Virus record (IMG/VR): IMGVR_UViG_2541047891_000001 | Strand: one strand, 5' to 3' | DNA length: 18,532 bases | Source of the DNA: a virus | Taxonomy: Duplodnaviria; Heunggongvirae; Uroviricota; Caudoviricetes | Shown: positions 7,838 through 16,608 of the stretch, piece after piece | How positions within the stretch are numbered: position 1 is the stretch's first letter | Layout: every line of letters begins with the position of its first letter | Made by a program: the position numbers and the translations under genes | Notes under the pieces: model-generated | The model's input: the letters and a program-made list of their open reading frames with translations, nothing else | What the model was told of the DNA's origin: nothing | The model's database searches: none

Positions 7838-9796
7838 TTACGCCGTACATTTCACCAGACCGCGGTGATCAACTGGCGCGACACCGGCGTCAATACGCAC
7901 TTTCGTTGTCACGCCATCCACACTGAAGCCCTCCATCTGATCAATATATGGCGTATCCACACCGTTGAGATAAGCCACTTCAATCGTATCGGAGCCTTTT
8001 GACGCAGCCAGGTAGAAGGTGGTCTGGCTGTTATCATCAAGACGAGGCTCTGCAATAACGGTCGCAAAATCTTTCACCGGGTTAATAATACCGGCGTTAA
8101 TGTCAGCCCCCTTGACACTTGAGGAGCGAATGACCTGGTTAGCAACAGACTCCATCGCCGTCGGTACCAGTACGAACGCAGGACGAATATTCAGATGACG
8201 CTCCCCCTCTTTCTGAACGCGCATCAACTGGCGGGCTTTATCCAGCGATGCCACGTCCATTGCAGCGCTCTCCAGTACGTTTGCATGTTTCGCTTTATCG
8301 AACAGACTTACATTATCTGTGGAGATTTTCGGGTTAGACGTCAGAATGGCATAAACCAGATCGGCAATAGTGGATTTCGCCGCACGGCCCAGTTTCATCG
8401 GGACATCGGTCAGCATATTCAGATCATCATTGATAATGGCCTGACGGGTGATACTGAACAGCTCGCCATAGGTCGCCAGTGCAATAGTGGCCTGTTTATC
8501 TCCGGTGGTGACGTATTTATATTCCGCCCCTTCACGCACCTGACGCAGAGCACTGAAGCCCCCCATACCCACACGATGGGCAATTTTAAAATCAGACAAC
8601 TGACCTTTCCGCGTCCATTGTTCATAGGTTTCAGGAGCATCTTCCCAGCCCTGCAGAATGGCTTTGTTCGCAACATCCAGCAGAATATTACCGAAGTCAG
8701 ACGTACTGTGGGTGAACGCCGCACCGACCATCTGCATCGGGTTATAACCGGAAACCCCAATACCCCGTTCAGTCAGTGACATACGGGCATATTCACGCAG
8801 GGTCATCCCGTTGTAGACATTATCACGTTCGGTTTTTTCAAATCCGGCACGCGCCATCAGCGCCTGGCGGATCCCGTCCCCCACAAAATTACCGTTACCA
8901 GCATAAATATGAGCCGGTGTATTTTTATTGGATGGCGTGGACTCGCGCCCCATCTCGTTCAACAGCTTTTCGCGGGCCTGCTCCAGCGAACACTCAGGAT
9001 CGGCAAGACACTGAGCCTGCAGCGTCTGATAACGCCCGCCAAACATGGCAAACAGATCATTAATACCGTTTACACGCGCTTTTTGCTCTGCCAGTACCTG
9101 CGCACGGATACTGTTTTCATCCACCACGGGTGCTGCTGCCTGCACTGGCGTCCGGGAGGCTGCAGGTTCATCATCCTGTACGCGTGGAGCACTGTTGCGT
9201 GGCGGAGTAATCATGTTTCGAATGGATTCCGGCATCTTTTTAAATTCCTCTGTACGTTTTGACTGAATACATGCCATTGCCTTAACGGCTGGCGTCACCT
9301 GATCAGCAAATCCATGTGCCAGACATTCGGCACCGGACATCCAGGTCTCATCCGCCAGCATGGCAGCAATTTCATCGGTGGTTTTCCCGGTTTTCTGTGC
9401 ATAAGCGGGTAACAGAACCGCCTCAACCTTATCGAGCAGGTCGGCATAGGTGCGCATGTCCTCCGCATCACCGCCCGTAAAGCCAAATGGTTTATGAATC
9501 ATCATGAAGGTGTTTTCCGGCATAATGACCGGGTTTCCCACCATCGCAATGACCGACGCCATTGACGCCGCCACACCGTCGACATAAACGGTAATGGACG
9601 CACCATGTGTTTTCAGCGCATTAAAAATGGCGATGCCTTCAAAGACATCGCCACCCGGTGAATTGATATGGAGATTAATGTGGGTGATATCGCCCAGTGC
9701 ATTCAGATCACTGATAAACTGCTTCGCTGTAACACCCCAGAAACCAATCTCGTCATAAATATAAATATCCGCGTCACTCTGGTGACCAGCCTGCAT
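7838..9796 (-). CDS. Prohead protease / scaffold-like / major capsid fusion protein (ClpP-like N-terminal domain, HK97-fold capsid C-terminal domain)
   Basis: N-terminal region has ClpP-type motifs (GDITHINLHINSPGGDVFEGIAIFNAL, VDGVAASMASVIAMVG, MMIHKPFG). The middle is a coiled, A/Q-rich segment. The C-terminal ~350 aa are capsid-like. Start chosen at ATG 9796-9794, 13 nt after the portal stop; the ORF-track start at 10057 would overlap the portal gene by about 250 nt. Confidence 0.75.
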   Translation of the reverse strand: MQAGHQSDADIYIYDEIGFWGVTAKQFISDLNALGDITHINLHINSPGGDVFEGIAIFNALKTHGASITVYVDGVAASMASVIAMVGNPVIMPENTFMMIHKPFGFTGGDAEDMRTYADLLDKVEAVLLPAYAQKTGKTTDEIAAMLADETWMSGAECLAHGFADQVTPAVKAMACIQSKRTEEFKKMPESIRNMITPPRNSAPRVQDDEPAASRTPVQAAAPVVDENSIRAQVLAEQKARVNGINDLFAMFGGRYQTLQAQCLADPECSLEQAREKLLNEMGRESTPSNKNTPAHIYAGNGNFVGDGIRQALMARAGFEKTERDNVYNGMTLREYARMSLTERGIGVSGYNPMQMVGAAFTHSTSDFGNILLDVANKAILQGWEDAPETYEQWTRKGQLSDFKIAHRVGMGGFSALRQVREGAEYKYVTTGDKQATIALATYGELFSITRQAIINDDLNMLTDVPMKLGRAAKSTIADLVYAILTSNPKISTDNVSLFDKAKHANVLESAAMDVASLDKARQLMRVQKEGERHLNIRPAFVLVPTAMESVANQVIRSSSVKGADINAGIINPVKDFATVIAEPRLDDNSQTTFYLAASKGSDTIEVAYLNGVDTPYIDQMEGFSVDGVTTKVRIDAGVAPVDHRGLVKCTA

Positions 9797-9809
9797 CCTG
9801 AACCAGGAA

Positions 9810-11318
9810 TTATTCTTCGGACTGGTCGTCGGTGTGCTGCGGCTCCTGTCGTTTCGTTGCGGCACTGCTGCCTCCTTTATCACTGGCCGGATCGGTATCA
9901 AATACCAGATCCAGCTTGCGGTTTTCATCAATTTCTGCCTTGCGCCGACGTTTGACATCATCCGGATTACGACCACCTGCACGTACCCAGTCTGATTCTG
10001 TCGCCGCTCCACCACGAATCTGAATTTTCCAGGCCTCAGCCTCCTTAACAGGGTCAATCCACGGCATCACCGGTCCGGAATACACCGCGGTATACAGTGA
10101 AGAACGGTCAAGATCGCGGGGTAGCCTGATAACACCGGATGCCACAGCCTGTTTCAGCCAGGCACGATACATCGGGCGGGTGACGGCACCAATAAACCAG
10201 TCCTGCAGGATCAGGTAGCCATCAGTGGATTCAACCAGCTCCTGACGCTGGGCGCTGTAAGTGCCGTTATAGTTGCGCGCTGTACTGGAAAAACTCAGAC
10301 GACTGCCCGCCGCCACGGCACGCAACTGACCATTACGAAAAGTTTCAAGGTTAGGATTGGGGCGATCCGACTTCACCATTCCGATTTCTTCGCCGGGTTT
10401 CAGATCGTCGTAAATAATGCCTGGCTGAATGGTAAGCTCGCGTTCATTCTCCTTGCTGTCATTACCATCCGTTTCATAGCTCTGTCCGTCGCCTTTGCGG
10501 ATGTACATCCCCAGAGCAGCAGCGATCCTTGCTGCAGTCAGCTCAGAATCTTCATATTCTTTCAGGGCACTGAGGCGGATCAGCACACCGGACAATAAAG
10601 ACGTCCCGCGCATCTGGTGCAGACGGCGAACAAATTTAAGATGCAGCATTCGCTCTGCATCCACTTCTTTGGTTTCCATCTGCCGTCCGGATACAGGACG
10701 ACTTTTATACACCAGATATTTTTCGGGACGCCCCCAGTCATCAACAAACACGCCCTGATTCAGCCTGTTGCTCTCATCACTGGTCATGGGAATAAAGTCT
10801 GGCTCGAGTGCCTCCAGCCAGAAATGAACACCGGCAGAAGGCGTCAGGCTGTTTATGCGCCCGGAAACCATCTGGGCAAACACCTCACCATCGCGCAGCC
10901 AGGTACGCAGCATCAGACGTTCCAGCATCGGACGGGTAAACTGCCCGGTAACTTCCGGACTGACAGACCATTCACTCCATCGGGTGCGTATCTCCGCTGC
11001 CAGATCACGGGCAATGGCCCCATTGCGTAATACCGGATGTGGCTCGACAATAATCCCGTTTTTCCCCACCACCCGTTCTTCCAGCTTGTCAAATACACCA
11101 ATGACCAGATCGTGGTTGTTATCAAGGTAACGGGCCTGCTCACGTAACGACACGGCCCCGTAGAGGCTTAACTGGTCGGCAGTTCGGTTTTCCCGCCGGG
11201 CTTTGTGTGTCCGCGTCGTTTTTACGGCCTCATAAGCCTGGATCACCGCCCGGGAACGCAGCCTTGCCGCTTTCCATCCTGGTGAAAAAACGCCAATCAC
11301 ATCATCAAGAATTGCCAT
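9810..11318 (-). CDS. Portal protein
   Basis: About 502 aa, lying between the W-like gene and the protease-capsid gene. Start ATG at 11318-11316 overlaps the W-like stop (TGATG coupling). Acidic C-terminus, typical of portals. The family is not lambda gpB by my recollection, so the call is by position, size and composition. Confidence 0.75.
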   Translation of the reverse strand: MAILDDVIGVFSPGWKAARLRSRAVIQAYEAVKTTRTHKARRENRTADQLSLYGAVSLREQARYLDNNHDLVIGVFDKLEERVVGKNGIIVEPHPVLRNGAIARDLAAEIRTRWSEWSVSPEVTGQFTRPMLERLMLRTWLRDGEVFAQMVSGRINSLTPSAGVHFWLEALEPDFIPMTSDESNRLNQGVFVDDWGRPEKYLVYKSRPVSGRQMETKEVDAERMLHLKFVRRLHQMRGTSLLSGVLIRLSALKEYEDSELTAARIAAALGMYIRKGDGQSYETDGNDSKENERELTIQPGIIYDDLKPGEEIGMVKSDRPNPNLETFRNGQLRAVAAGSRLSFSSTARNYNGTYSAQRQELVESTDGYLILQDWFIGAVTRPMYRAWLKQAVASGVIRLPRDLDRSSLYTAVYSGPVMPWIDPVKEAEAWKIQIRGGAATESDWVRAGGRNPDDVKRRRKAEIDENRKLDLVFDTDPASDKGGSSAATKRQEPQHTDDQSEE

Positions 11319-11530
11319 CAGAACCTCGCCAGCCGGTACCCGGGATGCCCCCGTCGTCGTGTAATCAGAGCCGCAAGGCGGCGCTCCCACTCCTGCCGTC
11401 CCTGCCGGATCTCAGATAAGTTTTCCATGGTCATCTGCTGACCATTAAAGGTGACGGATTTTCCGTCCAGCACCGCCATTTCAGCTTCCGTATAACGCTG
11501 AATCATGGCTTCGATATCATTCTGGTTCAT
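11318..11530 (-). CDS. gpW-like head-tail joining protein
   Basis: 70 aa from the ATG at 11530-11528 (GGAGG 6 nt upstream), overlapping the terminase stop (ATGA). The C-terminal RRRGHPGY resembles the lambda W C-terminus (RRRGPAGF) as I recall it. Position between terminase and portal. Confidence 0.65.
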   Translation of the reverse strand: MNQNDIEAMIQRYTEAEMAVLDGKSVTFNGQQMTMENLSEIRQGRQEWERRLAALITRRRGHPGYRLARF

Positions 11531-13246
11531 AACCATCCTCCGGAAGTCAGCCAGGGGTTAACATCGTCAGTTACTGTTTTCTTCCGTTTTTGTTTTTTAA
11601 CAGGCGTGGATACCGGTTCCGGTGAGGGTGACGGTTCGGTACTGTCCGGGACACACTCCAGCCAGGTTTCCCGGCTCGCCCACTCCGGTGCATCCGGCCA
11701 GCGGATCTTTTCGTATCCATGCAGAATGACCAGAGCCTCGGCATACACCATCAGGTCAAAAGCTTCGTTGGCACCGCGACCCGGCTTACTCCATTTCCCG
11801 TCACTGCTCCGCTCTTCATACGTCAGTTCGTCGTAAAACCAGCTCCCCAGCCAGTCAGGGAAATGCACATAGCCGGGACCTGGCGAGTCACGCCATAACG
11901 CGTTATTCACCCGGTCTTTCAGTGCATCCGTCTGAAGAAGCCAGAGCGGCACATCACCTGCGGCCTGCGCCCGTCGGCCCGTTCGTCCGGTGTTATCAGG
12001 GAATGTACGGGTGATCAGTTTTGCGCGCCGGATGCTGTCGCCCTTAAACAGGTAAATACGTTTACCAAGGCCATCACGACGGCAACGACGCCAGAATTTA
12101 TAGGCATTATCAGTGACCCCGTCTTCACCGCCGGAGTCCACCGCCATTGCCATCAGTCGCATTTGTTGAGAAGGATCGGAGGCCAGCGGCCAGCTTTTAT
12201 GAAAAACATCCGTCAGCAGGACATCCCAGTCTTCCGGATAGCTGGCCGGATCAATTCGCTGGCTCTCCCCGTCGCAGTCACTGCGCAATGACTGCGTGAT
12301 ATTGTAACGATCAATAATCCAGCGTTCGCCACGACTGCCATAGCCCGTTACCTGAACCACAAAACGGCGATGACGTCCCGCCTGCACATCCACTGTCGCC
12401 ACAAGGAAATTAACGCCATCCGGCACACTGCAGGAAGGAACTGGCTCTGCCCGCTGCTCAAGCAGTTCACTTTTTCGTTGCTCCATGCTGGCACGAGGAA
12501 GATAAGGCAATCCCCAGTCGGTGTTGATAACCGCCCTGAGTGTTTCTTCGCTTCCTGTCGCTTCATACTCCTGTTCTGCAGTCAGTAATTTGTAAACCAG
12601 TTGCGCCCAGGTCTGATACGCAGCAGCTGGCCCTTCCATCCAGAAACTGGCGATACGGGAGCGGCGCGGTTCACCGGAAACGTTGCCGTTACGATCAATG
12701 ACCTGACCTTCACGCAACCAGACTCCTGCACTATTGAGCTCACGCTTTTTCTCCGCAGTGATAATGCCGCTGCAGTGCGGGCAAAGTAGATACGCCGCCT
12801 CACTGGCTTTAAAGGGATCCGGTTCATTACGGTAGCCGGTCATGGCATCCATAGCTGGCTGAAAATATTCACCGCAGTGCGGACATGGCCAGTACCAGCG
12901 GCGGCGGTCACCACGATTGTAAAGGGAAAGAATACCAGTCGTCGGTGGAGCTTCATGAGGCGACTTACGTCGCCATTTGCTGTCGCAGATGTCACGTCCC
13001 GGCGAGCTCTCCACCAGAGTCATCCCGGCGGACATAAATGTGGTGGTACGTTTTGAGGCCAGGGAGAAACCATCACCCTCGCTGTCGATATTCTCCGGAA
13101 AACGGTCGTAATCGGTTAAGGCGACAAACCGGTAATCCGACGATGACATAATGTTGACCGAGGGCCAACCAATTTTAAGGAACGAGCCATCCCTGAACGT
13201 CTTATCATGGACATTATTGTCGTTACGACGTGGACTCATTCTTTTC
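11527..13246 (-). pseudogene. Terminase large subunit (gpA-like), truncated at the 5' end by the IS66-family junction; N-terminal ATPase Walker A region missing
   Basis: The 570 aa ORF aligns with the lambda gpA region from the Walker-B-like segment (VALTDYDRF) through the CPHCG zinc motif and the nuclease domain. About 130-170 N-terminal residues are absent. The reading frame runs directly into the IS terminus at 13247. Confidence 0.8.
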
Positions 13247-15003
13247 GTAAGCGGCTCGTCAGAACCGTATTGATATTTACTGAGAGCTCAGATCAACTTT
13301 CCAGGGCAACAGATCGCGTACCCGGTTTGCCGGCCAGTCCTGGATATGTTCAATGACGTAGCGCAGCCATTTTTCTGGCTCCACATTGTTCAGACGGCAT
13401 GTGCCGATCAGCGAGTACAACACCGCCGCATGTTCGCCACCGCTGTCGGAACCTGCGAACAGCCAGTTTTTCCGGCCCACGGCCACACCCCGTAAGGCGT
13501 TCTCTGCGATGTTGTTGTCGATTTCCACCCAGCCATTACTGCAGTACACGTTCAGGGCCTCCCACTGTTTCAGCAGGTATGCGAACGCTTTTGCCGTATC
13601 TGAGTGACGCGACAGTGTTTTCATCTGTTGCTGTATCCAGTCATACAGTGACTGCATCAGTGGCGCGGCTCTGGCTTTTCTTGCCGCCAGACGCTGTTCT
13701 GCTGAACAGCCCCGGACCTCTGCCTCGATGGCATACAGTTCACCGATACGCTGCAGGGCTTCCGTGGTGATGTCGGTGGGCGCTCTTGCATGCACATCGT
13801 GGATTTTTCTCCGGGCATGAGCCATACACGCGGCTTCCGTTATTCTGCCGGATTCGTATAACGCCCGGTAACCACCGTAAGCATCGGCCTGAAGCACACC
13901 GCTGTAACCGGCCAGGTGATTTTGTGGATGGATACCTTTCCGGTCCGGACTGTACGCGAACCAGACCGCCGGGGGCATCTGTGAACCGGCGTTGCGGTCA
14001 TCACGGACGTAGACCCACAGCCGGGCTGTCCGGGTTTTACCGCTGCCCGGCTCCTGGACCGGGACGGGGATATCATCGGCATGGACTTTACCGGGCATCA
14101 GCACATACTGGCGCAGGACGTCATACAGCGGCTCCAGCAGTTCAGCAACAGCACCTGTCCAGCGCCCCAGTGTGGCACGGCTCAGCTCCACTCCCTGACG
14201 ACGGTATATTTCTGACTGGCGGTATAACGGCAGATGGTCTGCATATTTCCCGGTGACAACATGGGCCAGAAGCCCCGCTCCGGCATAACTGCGTGCAATG
14301 GGTTTTGAAGGTACTGGTGCCTGCACGATATGGTCGCACCGGCAACAGGCCAGTTTCGGACGTTGTATTTCGATAACCTTAAAGGCGCTGCTGATAAGCT
14401 CCAGTTGCTCTGACACATCACATCCCAGAGAACTGAGTTCACCACCACAGGCAGGACAGCATTCCTCTTCCGGCCGGATAACCCGGGTTTCACGGGGAAG
14501 TGAGGCCGGTAACGGTTTACGGGCTGAAGACTGGCGCAGGGCGGATGGCAGTACCGGGTCATATTGCTCACCCAGCGTTTCCGCCATTTCTTCCTGAAGT
14601 GCGCTGATTCGCTCCTGTGCTTCCTGTATCTGCCGTTCGGTTTTTGCACGAAGTTTTTCTGAGCTTTTACCGAACTGCATACGTTGCAGTTTCGCAACCA
14701 GCGCCTTCAGCCGGTTGATTTCGGAAGCATAAGCCGCCACCCGCTGTGAGAGCAGGCGGTTGTATTCAGCCATCTGGCGGATGGTGTCCTGTTGCGTCTG
14801 CAACAGTGCCCGCAGGCGGGCGTTCTCATGAGCAAGTGAGGTGTCCATATCCTCACTTTACAACGGGTTATATGCGGATTCCAGCGCGTTCCGTTCGTTT
14901 CGGGTGCTTCCAGTTGATACCTTCAAGAAGCATGGATAACTGAGCCGGAGTAAGGTGCACCTTGCCGTTACGGGTGACTGGCCAGACGAAGCGGCCCCGC
15001 TCC
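13247..15003 (-). mobile_element. Truncated IS66-family insertion sequence (3' end of tnpB, complete tnpC and one terminal repeat; tnpA, most of tnpB and the other terminus are absent)
   Basis: The terminus at 13247 reads GTAAGCGGCTCGTC inward on the plus strand, consistent with IS66-family ends as I recall them. tnpC is at 13277-14848. The tnpB C-terminal motif ([32 protein letters not shown]) is encoded at about 14868-15000. The upstream boundary (about 15003) is inferred from where cold-shock homology stops. Confidence 0.75.
13277..14848 (-). CDS. tnpC: IS66-family transposase TnpC
   Basis: 523 aa with an N-terminal leucine-zipper-like coiled coil, a zinc-finger segment (CCPACGG...CCRCDH), DDE-region motifs and a CMAHARRK motif, all characteristic of IS66 TnpC. 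ATG at 14848-14846. Confidence 0.85.
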   Translation of the reverse strand: MDTSLAHENARLRALLQTQQDTIRQMAEYNRLLSQRVAAYASEINRLKALVAKLQRMQFGKSSEKLRAKTERQIQEAQERISALQEEMAETLGEQYDPVLPSALRQSSARKPLPASLPRETRVIRPEEECCPACGGELSSLGCDVSEQLELISSAFKVIEIQRPKLACCRCDHIVQAPVPSKPIARSYAGAGLLAHVVTGKYADHLPLYRQSEIYRRQGVELSRATLGRWTGAVAELLEPLYDVLRQYVLMPGKVHADDIPVPVQEPGSGKTRTARLWVYVRDDRNAGSQMPPAVWFAYSPDRKGIHPQNHLAGYSGVLQADAYGGYRALYESGRITEAACMAHARRKIHDVHARAPTDITTEALQRIGELYAIEAEVRGCSAEQRLAARKARAAPLMQSLYDWIQQQMKTLSRHSDTAKAFAYLLKQWEALNVYCSNGWVEIDNNIAENALRGVAVGRKNWLFAGSDSGGEHAAVLYSLIGTCRLNNVEPEKWLRYVIEHIQDWPANRVRDLLPWKVDLSSQ

Positions 15004-15167
15004 ATAGAGAAGGTAACCTTTTGACCTTCAAATAAGGTTCGATAATTATCATTCTGAATCGCAGAAAAATGCACAAACACATCTTTACTACCATCAACAG
15101 GAGAAATAAAGCCGAAACCTTTATCAGCGTTAAACCATTTTACTAAACCAGTCATTTTATTTGACAT
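14868..15167 (-). pseudogene. Chimeric ORF: N-terminal ~54 aa of a CspB-like cold-shock protein fused in frame to the C-terminal ~45 aa of IS66 TnpB
   Basis: [54 protein letters not shown] is a cold-shock domain with RNP motifs. It is followed by [45 protein letters not shown], a TnpB C-terminus. ATG at 15167-15165 with AAGGA upstream. Confidence 0.7.
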
Positions 15168-15465
15168 TCTACATTCCTTAACTTGAGCCTTTCGGCATAA
15201 ATGGTTTGCATAACAGAAACGACTTCGTACTTAATTGGAGAGACTCAAAGAAGGAATAAGTGAATAACACCTGAAATGAGAACTGCTTTAGTAAACTACT
15301 TCGTATATCGTCTGTTCTTCAAACCGACGCAGTCATTAACTCATAGTTGAACATATGAAGCAATGTTTATTTTAGACATCCAGCCACCTTCAACCCTATC
15401 AAAAAAGTAGTTTTCTCCAGGAACGTGTGTATGGTGCACCAGGTTATCAGTATTAAGGAGTTTTT

Positions 15466-15680
15466 CTGTCCCCTAAAATGACAGGAATTGTCAAAAACTT
15501 TGACTACAAAAGCAGCAAAGGTCTTATATTCCCATCCGATGGCGTATCGATGCCCAGCTTCACGTTTCAGCTCTCAATCTTCGAGATGCAGAAGAAATTA
15601 CCACAGGATTACGCGTGGAATTTTGCCGGATAAATGGTTCGCGTGGACCTTCAACTGCCAATGTTTATCCCGGGATGAGA
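15466..15680 (+). pseudogene. cspF-like cold-shock gene remnant, frameshifted and probably with a mutated start codon
   Basis: One frame gives [22 protein letters not shown] (ATG at 15478). The next frame, from about 15543, gives [42 protein letters not shown]. Together these are the two halves of a single cold-shock domain. AAGGAG at 15455-15460 is spaced for a start at 15466, which is CTG here. Confidence 0.55.
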
Positions 15681-15711
15681 TTCAATATCTCTATTGCCCC
15701 ATTTAAAGCAC

Positions 15712-15740
15712 AAAAACCCGCTTATCAGCGGGTTTTCTAC
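15712..15740. terminator. Bidirectional intrinsic terminator
   Basis: Plus strand reads AAAAACCCGCT-TATC-AGCGGGTTTT with an A-run on one side and a T-run on the other. It lies after the cspF-like gene (plus strand) and about 45-60 nt downstream of the candidate late promoter (minus strand). Confidence 0.5.
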
Positions 15741-15782
15741 TTTTTTCTAAACGTCGGATACACAAAGCCCATCGTTGAGAAA

Positions 15783-15811
15783 ATCTTATCCATGTTTTTT
15801 GAAAAATGCAA
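15783..15811 (-). promoter_or_regulatory. Candidate sigma-70 promoter downstream of Q (possible PR'-like late promoter)
   Basis: On the minus strand: TTGCAT (-35; plus-strand 15806-15811), a 17 nt spacer, then TAAGAT (-10; plus-strand 15783-15788). It is followed by the terminator at 15712-15740, giving a PR'-tR'-like layout just 3' of the antiterminator gene. Confidence 0.3.
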
Positions 15812-15842
15812 ACATCATGTCGCCATCTTCAGCAAAAATCAT

Positions 15843-16595
15843 TTATCTCGTCACCTTCCTCAATTGCGCTTCCGCGTATGCTTCTTCCTGCCAGCACTTT
15901 GTTACCAGTTTATCAATGACGTCCGCATACCCCTTATACCACTGATAATCGGTCAGGTCTGGTACCAGCTTCTGGACATGACGTCGTGCCAGCGTGGTTG
16001 GTAAACGACTAAACCGGTTTCCATTACAACGCCCACAAATCTTATATACCGGTACGCCATGAAACCGGGTTCTTTTTTCATCCAGAACAATCCCTTTACC
16101 CTTACACCCTCTGCACGCTGTGCTGACTTCGCCCTTACCATGGCAATGCTGACATAGTTCCTTCACCCATTCTTCCTTGATTACAGATTCCCCGCGTCTG
16201 TAGTGTTTCACCACTTCGCGCAATACATTATAAAATCCCGTACCTGAACAATGCTCACAGCGAGCCTTACTTGCCGCAGACCTGGAGTAATCAGCAAAGG
16301 CAAAACTCACGAGGTAAGGAATAATCTGTAACCGGATTTCTTCACTCAATTTGTTCAATGTCGGGTTATCCAGTGCCATCGCGTAATTTAGCAGGCCTTC
16401 AATCGCAAACTGAGGGTCCTGAACACCAACTTTTGCCAGAAATAAGGCCAACCCAAGTGGTGCTTTCGACTGCACCATCCCCTGCGCTGCCATTACATCC
16501 GTAATTGTTAAACAACCGGTGCCTGTCGCTGGAGCGTCATCGCTCAATTTTGGAGATTTTGGGGAGTAATATTTTGGTAAGGCTTCAAGGTTCAT
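15843..16595 (-). CDS. Late antiterminator Q (phage 82 / Qin quuQ-type)
   Basis: About 250 aa from the ATG at 16595-16593 (GGAG 8 nt upstream). The N-terminus [20 protein letters not shown] and multiple CxxC zinc motifs ([30 protein letters not shown]) match the QuuQ/YdfT-type Q protein of E. coli Qin-like prophages as I recall it. Confidence 0.85.
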   Translation of the reverse strand: MNLEALPKYYSPKSPKLSDDAPATGTGCLTITDVMAAQGMVQSKAPLGLALFLAKVGVQDPQFAIEGLLNYAMALDNPTLNKLSEEIRLQIIPYLVSFAFADYSRSAASKARCEHCSGTGFYNVLREVVKHYRRGESVIKEEWVKELCQHCHGKGEVSTACRGCKGKGIVLDEKRTRFHGVPVYKICGRCNGNRFSRLPTTLARRHVQKLVPDLTDYQWYKGYADVIDKLVTKCWQEEAYAEAQLRKVTR

Positions 16596-16608
16596 GCTCG
16601 TTCTCCAC

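Noticed and set aside
9797-10057. N-terminal 87-residue extension of the capsid ORF in the ORF track (start at 10057)
   Set aside because: It would overlap the portal gene by about 250 nt and is Arg-rich low-complexity sequence. The ATG at 9796, 13 nt after the portal stop, gives a protein beginning just before the ClpP-like domain.
8195-11130. Plus-strand ORFs antisense to the capsid and portal genes (e.g. 8195-8779, 10617-11030)
   Set aside because: Antisense shadows of genes with strong protein-level evidence; no ribosome-binding sites or recognisable domains.
13247-15003. Possibility that this is a complete, functional IS66 element
   Set aside because: A full IS66-type element is about 2.5 kb with tnpA, tnpB and tnpC and two termini. 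Here only about 1.76 kb is present, with no tnpA, only the last ~45 codons of tnpB, and no second terminal repeat matching the GTAAGCG end.
14858-15097. Minus-strand ORF 14858-15097 (79 aa) overlapping the csp-tnpB chimeric ORF
   Set aside because: Alternative frame of the same region; the other frame carries the recognisable cold-shock and TnpB motifs.
15488-16004. Plus-strand ORFs 15488-15706 (72 aa) and 15615-16004 (129 aa)
   Set aside because: The first is an out-of-frame read across the cspF-like remnant. The second starts inside the cspF C-terminal homology but then continues through the terminator and antisense into the Q gene; only its first ~20 codons are meaningful.
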